NCBI GenBank assembly: GCA_036480195.1 | Contig: JAZGGE010000302.1 | Span: forward strand, 1 to 47,252 | DNA from: Methylococcales bacterium | GTDB lineage: Bacteria > Pseudomonadota > Gammaproteobacteria > Methylococcales > JAZGGE01 | Reading direction: 5' to 3' | Length of the DNA: 47,252 bases | Shown here: positions 41,872 through 47,252 of the stretch, piece after piece | How the letters are laid out: each line of letters opens with the position of its first letter | How positions within the stretch are numbered: the first letter of the stretch is position 1 | The notes under the pieces: model-generated | Told to the model about the DNA's origin: nothing | What the model saw: the letters and a program-made list of their open reading frames with translations, nothing else | Database searches by the model: none | Made by a program: the position numbers and the translations under genes

Positions 41872-44412
41872 ATGAGCATCAGCATAGATGAAATGAAGGT
41901 CGGTGATAGCGGCCGTGTTGTCGGGTTCGATAAAGATTTTATGAGTTACCGGCAGAAACTTCTTGCCATGGGGCTCACGCCCGGAACACAGTTTTCGGTA
42001 ATTCGAGTGGCACCGTTGGGTGATCCGGTCGAAGTCCGGATACGGGGCATTGATCTTAGCCTGCGTAAAAACGAAATCGCTGCGTTAAAAATAGAACGAA
42101 TATCCGATGTATTTGTTGTCAAGAAAGAAGATCAACTTTCGCAAAAGGTAGTTGTCGCCATTATTGGTAACCCAAACTGTGGCAAGACTACGCTGTTCAA
42201 TGGACTGACAGGCTCCCGGCAACACGTCGGAAATTGGGCCGGCGTCACGGTTGAGAAAAAGACCGGTCTCTATCGCTATGATGATAAGGAAATCACAGTT
42301 GCTGACTTGCCAGGTATTTATGCCCTTGATGTTCATGACGTAACCACTTCTTTAGACGAAAAGGTCGCCAGGGAATATATATTGTCCCGTGAGGCAGACC
42401 TGATCATCAATATTGTCGATACCACTCATCTTGAGCATAATCTCTACTTAACCGCCCAACTTCTGGAAATGCGGTTGCCTTTGCTTATCGTACTCAACAT
42501 TATGGATGATGCTTCAGGCCGCAATCTTAAAATCGATAGTGAGGAAATTGCCCGTCGTCTTGATTGTCCGTCAATGGCCATTGTTGCAAGTCAGGCAGAA
42601 GAGGTCGACTCTCTCAAATCGTTTATTAACCAACTGGCGGAAGAACCTCCTATTTCAAGTTCACCGGTTAAATATCCTGAAAAAATCTTAACGGCGATTC
42701 AGCGGTTAGTGCCAATGATAGAGAAGATCACGCCAGATAAAACCATAGACCCGCAATGGCTCGCCGTTAAACTGCTCGAAGGTGATAGTTTTGCGATGAG
42801 CGTTACCGACGAAAAGATCAAAAGTGAATCTGATCGACTCCTTCAAGCCATCGAACAAGACTGCGGCGAAGAAGCAGATATTCTCATTGCAGACAGTCGT
42901 TATGAATTGACCAATGCTTTAGCGGAAGATACTGTGATACGTCGATCCAATACCCACAGTGGTCTTTCTGACACAATCGATAAGGTAATGCTAAACCGAT
43001 TTGTCGGTATCCCCATTTTCTTTGGGGTGATGTACCTTATGTTCACCTTTACCATCAAGCTTGGTCGGGTATTCAAACCGTTTTTTAATAATCTTGCGCA
43101 AGCTCTGTTCATTGACGCTCCGACAGAAGCCATGGTTGCCATAGGCAGCCCACAATGGCTAATAACTCTGTTGGCCGGTGGTATTGGCAATGGAATTCGG
43201 GAAGTCGCTGCGTTTATTCCAATCCTGGGCTTTCTTTATCTTTTTATTTCGATTTTGGAAGAATCAGGCTATATGGCACGCGCTACTTTTCTTATGGATC
43301 GTTTCATGCGTGTTTTAGGTCTTCCTGGGAAATCATTTGTGCCAATGATTCTGGGATTTGGTTGCAACGTGCCGGCAATGATGGCAACCCGTACATTGGA
43401 GCGTCAGCGCGACCGTACATTGAATATATTACTTAACCCTTTTATGACTTGTGGTGCACGACTAGCGGTATTTACCGTCTTTGCTGCCGCTTTTTTCCCG
43501 GAAAACGGCCAGGTTGTTGTATTCACGCTCTACCTGATTGGCGTCGCCACTGCCATAATGACCGCGATGATAATGAAGAATACGTTTCTCAAAGAGGAGT
43601 ATTCACTGTCCGTCATGGAAATTCCTGCTTATCATTTGCCCAAACTAAAAAACGTGCTGATTAACAGTTGGATTCGCGTCAAGGCATTTATAATCCGGGT
43701 GGGGAAGATCATTATTACCATGGTGCTAATCCTCCATATTCTCAGCGCCTGGAGTACCGATGGCTCGTTTGGCGAGGAGAATATCGAAAACTCGGTGCTT
43801 GGTGCCGCTGGTCGCGCGATGACCCCGGTGTTTGCCCCGCTAGGAATCACCGAACAAAACTGGCCTGCTACTGTTGCAATTTTTACTGGCGTTTTGCATA
43901 AAGTTGTTGTTATTAGTACGTTGAAGACGATTTATACGGAGACTAGCCATCAACCGGAGAAAGCCGAGTTTGATTTAGGGGTGTCGATAAAAAAAGTATT
44001 CATGGCTATTCCGATGGGGTTTAACAAACAATTTGGCGGCGGTATGGCCAATAAGAACGGAGAAAATAGCCCATTTTCGGGAGCATTGAAAAACCATTTC
44101 AACGGACAAATCGGGGCCTTTGCATATCTTTTGTTTATCTTACTCTATTTCCCCTGTATTGCGACCACAGCCACCGCTTATCGGGAAACCAATAAAGGTT
44201 GGGCTATATTTATGGTCGTTTGGGCCACAGGCCTGGCCTATTTGGTCGGAACCTTGTTTTACCAGGTTGCTACCTATTCCGAACATCCTGGAGCGACATT
44301 GTTGTGGGTGATTGGCTCGATCTTTTTAGTCTGCGTAGTGGTGATGTCATTTCATTACTGGGGCAAGAAAGAACAACGGACAATATCGATAAGAGCTGAT
44401 GCAAGTCCCTAA
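41872..44412 (+). CDS. feoB: Ferrous iron transporter, FeoA-FeoB fusion protein
   Basis: The N-terminal ~80 aa form a FeoA SH3-like domain (MKVGDSGRVVGF...GLTPGTQFSVIRVAPLGDPVEVRIRG). The FeoB G-domain has GNPNCGKTTLFNGLTG and DLPGIYAL. The polytopic permease has the gate motifs (GFGCNVPA). Confidence 0.92.
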   Translation: MSISIDEMKVGDSGRVVGFDKDFMSYRQKLLAMGLTPGTQFSVIRVAPLGDPVEVRIRGIDLSLRKNEIAALKIERISDVFVVKKEDQLSQKVVVAIIGNPNCGKTTLFNGLTGSRQHVGNWAGVTVEKKTGLYRYDDKEITVADLPGIYALDVHDVTTSLDEKVAREYILSREADLIINIVDTTHLEHNLYLTAQLLEMRLPLLIVLNIMDDASGRNLKIDSEEIARRLDCPSMAIVASQAEEVDSLKSFINQLAEEPPISSSPVKYPEKILTAIQRLVPMIEKITPDKTIDPQWLAVKLLEGDSFAMSVTDEKIKSESDRLLQAIEQDCGEEADILIADSRYELTNALAEDTVIRRSNTHSGLSDTIDKVMLNRFVGIPIFFGVMYLMFTFTIKLGRVFKPFFNNLAQALFIDAPTEAMVAIGSPQWLITLLAGGIGNGIREVAAFIPILGFLYLFISILEESGYMARATFLMDRFMRVLGLPGKSFVPMILGFGCNVPAMMATRTLERQRDRTLNILLNPFMTCGARLAVFTVFAAAFFPENGQVVVFTLYLIGVATAIMTAMIMKNTFLKEEYSLSVMEIPAYHLPKLKNVLINSWIRVKAFIIRVGKIIITMVLILHILSAWSTDGSFGEENIENSVLGAAGRAMTPVFAPLGITEQNWPATVAIFTGVLHKVVVISTLKTIYTETSHQPEKAEFDLGVSIKKVFMAIPMGFNKQFGGGMANKNGENSPFSGALKNHFNGQIGAFAYLLFILLYFPCIATTATAYRETNKGWAIFMVVWATGLAYLVGTLFYQVATYSEHPGATLLWVIGSIFLVCVVVMSFHYWGKKEQRTISIRADASP

Positions 44413-44468
44413 AGGGTAGGGGGATAATCTTCATTTCATCAAGTATTTGACTGGACGGAGTACTAGCA

Positions 44469-44549
44469 CTCCGTCAACACTATATTGACGGGTATAGTAA
44501 GCCGATAAGCAGCCATCTGCGTTGTGTTGCACTCGCTTGAAATTAGTCC
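44469..44549. repeat. Solo copy of the module found inserted in the family A element at 6718-6794
   Basis: CTCCGTCAACACTATATTGACGGGTATAGTAAGCCGATAAGCAGCCATCTGCGTTGTGTTGCACTCGCTTGAAATTAGTCC compares with CTCCGTCAACATTATTATGATGGGTATAAGAAGCTGATAAATAGTCATCTGTGTTGTTGCACTCGCTTGAATTAGCC. The short hairpin GACGGAGT/ACTCCGTC lies at its 5' edge. Confidence 0.7.
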
Positions 44550-44624
44550 TGTGTTCGTGCACCTGGCAGGTGACCACCTCTTAACTTCGTCTACCTGTTA
44601 ATACAACATTGAAGCGAGAGATTA

Positions 44625-44734
44625 GGGTCAGGTCTTTCAATAAAGCATCAAATTCGCTAAACTAAAGCAAAAGGCAAGACCTTTGTATTATGCCTTCTAA
44701 ATCAAGATGCTTAATAGCAAGACCTGAACATCCC
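44625..44734. repeat. Imperfect inverted repeat between the convergent feoAB and oxidoreductase genes
   Basis: GGGTCAGGTCTTTCAATAAAGCATC (44625-44649) pairs with the reverse complement of GATGCTTAATAGCAAGACCTGAACATCCC (44706-44734). CAAGACCT also recurs internally. Confidence 0.45.
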
Positions 44735-44756
44735 TCTGGAATTTTCAAGCCGTATC

Positions 44757-47006
44757 TTAAATTTTTTGCTCATTGATCTGTACTTGTGAAGCAGGTAATT
44801 TGTCTAATGTAACTTTCCCTTTGCTATTAATCGATCCAAAACTCAAAACACCGGTGGGACAAACCTCAACACACGCCGAACAGCGGACACATTGAGGGTC
44901 TTCCATCGCTTGTCCTTTACTGGCAAAGTTCATAACATCTATACCCTGATGACAGGTCGATGTACAGGCGTTACATGAAATGCACTTGCTTTTTTCTGCA
45001 AAAATCCTGAATTGGCTAAACCGCGCATAGATATGCATTAACGCGGCCAAAGGGCAGAAAAATCGACACCAGGTTCTGCCGCTAAAATGAAAGTACAATC
45101 CCAAACCTAAAATACCTGCCAGAAAATAATCTACGATGAGTGAATAATTGAGTGGCAAACCTAAATAAGAAAAGCCATAAGCCATCTGGGTAAACCAATG
45201 ATTACTCGCCTCACCTAAGGCTGACTCAGCAAATACCCAGCCTACTATGCGTATCAAAAGCAAAGTAATCACCGCCCCTAAAATCACCTGCCCAGCCATA
45301 TTAAGCTTATTCCAGACAGGACCATGTGGCATTTTTGCGCGATGCGCGTCGCCTAAAGTTTCTGCAAGCGCCCCGCAAGAACAAATCCAACCGCAATAAG
45401 CCCCTTTGCCATAGCGATACACTATCCACGGAATAATGACGAAAGTTTGCATAACGGCAATAATCAGCCAAAGCACTTGAGGTTCTGGAGTAAACACGTT
45501 CCAGATAAATAAAGGCCACGCTAAAATCAAACCGACGGCCCGCCAATATTCTCTTATCCCTATTTCATTCATTGGAAAAAGTTGGTCAGCAATCCAGCCC
45601 CCCATTCCGGAATTAAATACACCTAACTCACCCATCAAAGGTAAGATCAAATAAGGTAATAAAAATAATGGAATTAATTGAAATAAGACCAATGATAAGG
45701 TTTGTAAACGAATATACGGGGTTGGGGTACGGATTACTCTGCGGACTCCGAAAATAATAATGATGAGTGTGTACACCAGTTCATAATAAAAACCAGGGGT
45801 TCCAACATGGTCTTGCAAAGCACGCGCAAACAGATTGCTATCAGCCCATTCATACCAATCAATATTGTAAGGAAACCATCCATTCGATAAGAAAATATTA
45901 GCGATTTCGCTATCCTCAGTCTTCCAGCGGTAAATGAGTATGACAGCCAAAAATACGCTTAAAAAACTCACTGCTTTGCTGATTGACCAATGCCCTAGCA
46001 TATTAATGCCGCAGCGTTTCAAAAAATCGACTGGTGCTTGACGGCCTACCATGATAAAAACAAAATCATTAGCCAAGGTAAGGTTGCCTTGTTGCCCCGT
46101 CAGTTCAACACTTTCTGGCTTGATTTTTGTCACTTCACTGGACATTAATTTAGTAAAATCCAGTGCAAGTGTTGTTTCGGTATTTTCAGGTTTAGGACGG
46201 GTAAATTCCTTTCCTCTATAGCTAAGTGTCACTACTGCATTTGCTTCATAAAGACTATTTGCTGCTTCTAATGCAGTATCACCGCCGCCGACCACTAAAA
46301 CATTTTTTCCTTGATAGTCATTTGGGTCAAACAGGCGATTATGTACTTTCTCTAAATGTTCTCCCGGAACATTAAGTTGCCTGTGGTCTCCGCTTCTTCC
46401 TGTACAGAGCAAGATTCGTTTGGCTTTGGTATAAGAACCATCCTCAAAATGAACAATGAATCCTGATTGCTGACGCTCAATACGGCCAACATGCTGGATA
46501 TGGAAATCAATATTTTTAGCGTCCGCCTGACTTCGTAACTCAGTCAATAAATTTTCTTTTATTTCAGCCGACAGTTTTAACTTACCAGCAGGCTGCATGT
46601 TAGTTGGATAAGTGAAAATTGGCTTCTTATTGGTAAAGTTAACAACGGTGGAAAAAGCTTCTGTTGACTCGTACACTTTAAATTTAAGTGCGGAATTTTG
46701 GGCCTCAAGTGCAGCAGAAAGCCCTGCTACACCCCCTCCGATAATGGCAAGATCAAGTGCGTCTGTGGGTTTTTTTGTAAAAGCACCTTCTTTAATGAAT
46801 TCCTGTACCGCTTTAGCCCCCGAATCGGCTGCAAATTTTAGCAAAGGGATGCCGCGTAAATCGCCGGCAATGCGCAGACCTGATACCTTGGTTTCTCCCT
46901 GACTCCCTACTTCTGGCAAGGCTTCTGGAATACCGGCAGGCCAACGTAAATGTAGCCAATGTGCATATGCTTGAAAAGGATGGATAGCTTTTTGTAATAA
47001 TGTCAT
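44757..47006 (-). CDS. Fusion protein: FAD/NAD(P)-binding oxidoreductase (TrxB/YpdA-like, no CxxC) + polytopic membrane domain with NapH/CcoG-like Cys motifs + C-terminal 2x[4Fe-4S] ferredoxin
   Basis: The N-terminus has LDLAIIGGGVAGLSAALEA (FAD) and VLVVGGGDTALEAANSL (NAD(P)H). The middle region has multiple TM helices with CGWICSCGALAE and WCRFFCPLAALM. The C-terminus has CISCNACTSTC...CVRCSACVEVCP. Confidence 0.85.
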   Translation of the reverse strand: MTLLQKAIHPFQAYAHWLHLRWPAGIPEALPEVGSQGETKVSGLRIAGDLRGIPLLKFAADSGAKAVQEFIKEGAFTKKPTDALDLAIIGGGVAGLSAALEAQNSALKFKVYESTEAFSTVVNFTNKKPIFTYPTNMQPAGKLKLSAEIKENLLTELRSQADAKNIDFHIQHVGRIERQQSGFIVHFEDGSYTKAKRILLCTGRSGDHRQLNVPGEHLEKVHNRLFDPNDYQGKNVLVVGGGDTALEAANSLYEANAVVTLSYRGKEFTRPKPENTETTLALDFTKLMSSEVTKIKPESVELTGQQGNLTLANDFVFIMVGRQAPVDFLKRCGINMLGHWSISKAVSFLSVFLAVILIYRWKTEDSEIANIFLSNGWFPYNIDWYEWADSNLFARALQDHVGTPGFYYELVYTLIIIIFGVRRVIRTPTPYIRLQTLSLVLFQLIPLFLLPYLILPLMGELGVFNSGMGGWIADQLFPMNEIGIREYWRAVGLILAWPLFIWNVFTPEPQVLWLIIAVMQTFVIIPWIVYRYGKGAYCGWICSCGALAETLGDAHRAKMPHGPVWNKLNMAGQVILGAVITLLLIRIVGWVFAESALGEASNHWFTQMAYGFSYLGLPLNYSLIVDYFLAGILGLGLYFHFSGRTWCRFFCPLAALMHIYARFSQFRIFAEKSKCISCNACTSTCHQGIDVMNFASKGQAMEDPQCVRCSACVEVCPTGVLSFGSINSKGKVTLDKLPASQVQINEQKI

Positions 47007-47041
47007 GGGTATGTCCAGAGTGGGGGTAACATTTATTTTTA

Positions 47042-47099
47042 TATACCTTTCGCGTTCAAGAATGCCGGTTTTGAGTGGGTAGATTTTCGTGAAGGGCTA
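47042..47099. repeat. Family A repeat arm (partial or interrupted copy)
   Basis: TATACCTTTCGCGTTCAAGAATGCCGGTTTTGAGTGGGTAGATTTTCGTGAAGGGCTA is nearly identical to 6657-6714 and to the reverse complement of 37529-37584. It begins 36 bp upstream of the oxidoreductase start codon. Confidence 0.8.
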
Positions 47100-47106
47100 G
47101 GAGGCT

Positions 47107-47252
47107 GTCCGATAATAGAAACCGTAGCGAGGGAAACCCATTTTGAGTCATATTTTTCGATCATTTGAGGCGAATAGTGGGCTATTTAACGATAATGATC
47201 GGGAAATCTGGCCAAAATGGGCTTTTCCGCAGTAGGTTCTCTATTCTCGGAC
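47107..47252. repeat. Long palindromic element (family D) running to the last base of the window
   Basis: GTCCGATAATAGAAACCGTAGCGAGGGAAACCCATTTTGAGTCATATTTTTCGATCATT pairs imperfectly with the reverse complement of AATGATCGGGAAATCTGGCCAAAATGGGCTTTTCCGCAGTAGGTTCTCTATTCTCGGAC. The right arm ends at 47252. Confidence 0.65.

Overview
This is a 47.3-kb window, mid-40s %GC by eye. Its synteny is gammaproteobacterial (suhB <-> trmJ-cysE-iscR-iscS-iscA, as in Pseudomonas-like genomes); I cannot assign a species.

**Layout**
- **1-9.9 kb:** an Aer2/F7-type chemosensory operon. It holds a 5'-truncated heme-PAS Aer2-like MCP, cheW, a STAS gene, cheR, cheD, cheB and a short membrane MCP. A CrsA/CrsR (HsbA/HsbR)-type partner-switch pair and a DUF4124-thermonuclease follow.
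- **10-15.2 kb:** housekeeping genes (iscA, nifS/iscS-like, iscR, cysE, trmJ, suhB).
- **15.2-17.3 kb:** a three-gene RiPP-type operon. It encodes a Sec-exported, extremely Met-rich protein with two [DE]-G-x-C-G motifs, a DUF692 (MNIO) enzyme and a DUF2063 partner (HvfABC-like).
- **17.3-37.8 kb:** an accessory block bounded by long non-coding DNA on the left and by a MITE plus a transposase remnant on the right.
  - It starts with a secreted SGNH/GDSL homologue in which all three catalytic residues are substituted, and a CRTAC1/ASPIC-UnbV FG-GAP protein.
  - After a 0.5-kb AT-rich region comes a five-gene operon: fully reducing type I PKS (KS-AT-DH-ER-KR-ACP), NRPS (C-A-PCP-TE), MMPL/RND exporter, LolA-like periplasmic protein and an outer-membrane barrel candidate.
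  - The NRPS has a Ser-type specificity code and a Cys in place of the TE nucleophile Ser.
- **37.8-47 kb:** gnd-zwf, a lipoprotein, a FeoA-FeoB fusion, and a flavoprotein fused to a NapH/CcoG-like membrane polyferredoxin.

**Repeats and negatives:** at least four families of palindromic MITE/REP-like repeats, some nested, are scattered through the intergenic DNA. The window ends exactly at the end of one of them. I recognised no rRNA, tRNA or CRISPR array.

**Most interesting candidates:** the PKS-NRPS-MMPL-LolA-like-OMP lipid or lipo-amino-acid export operon with its Cys-TE, and the Met-rich MNIO precursor locus.
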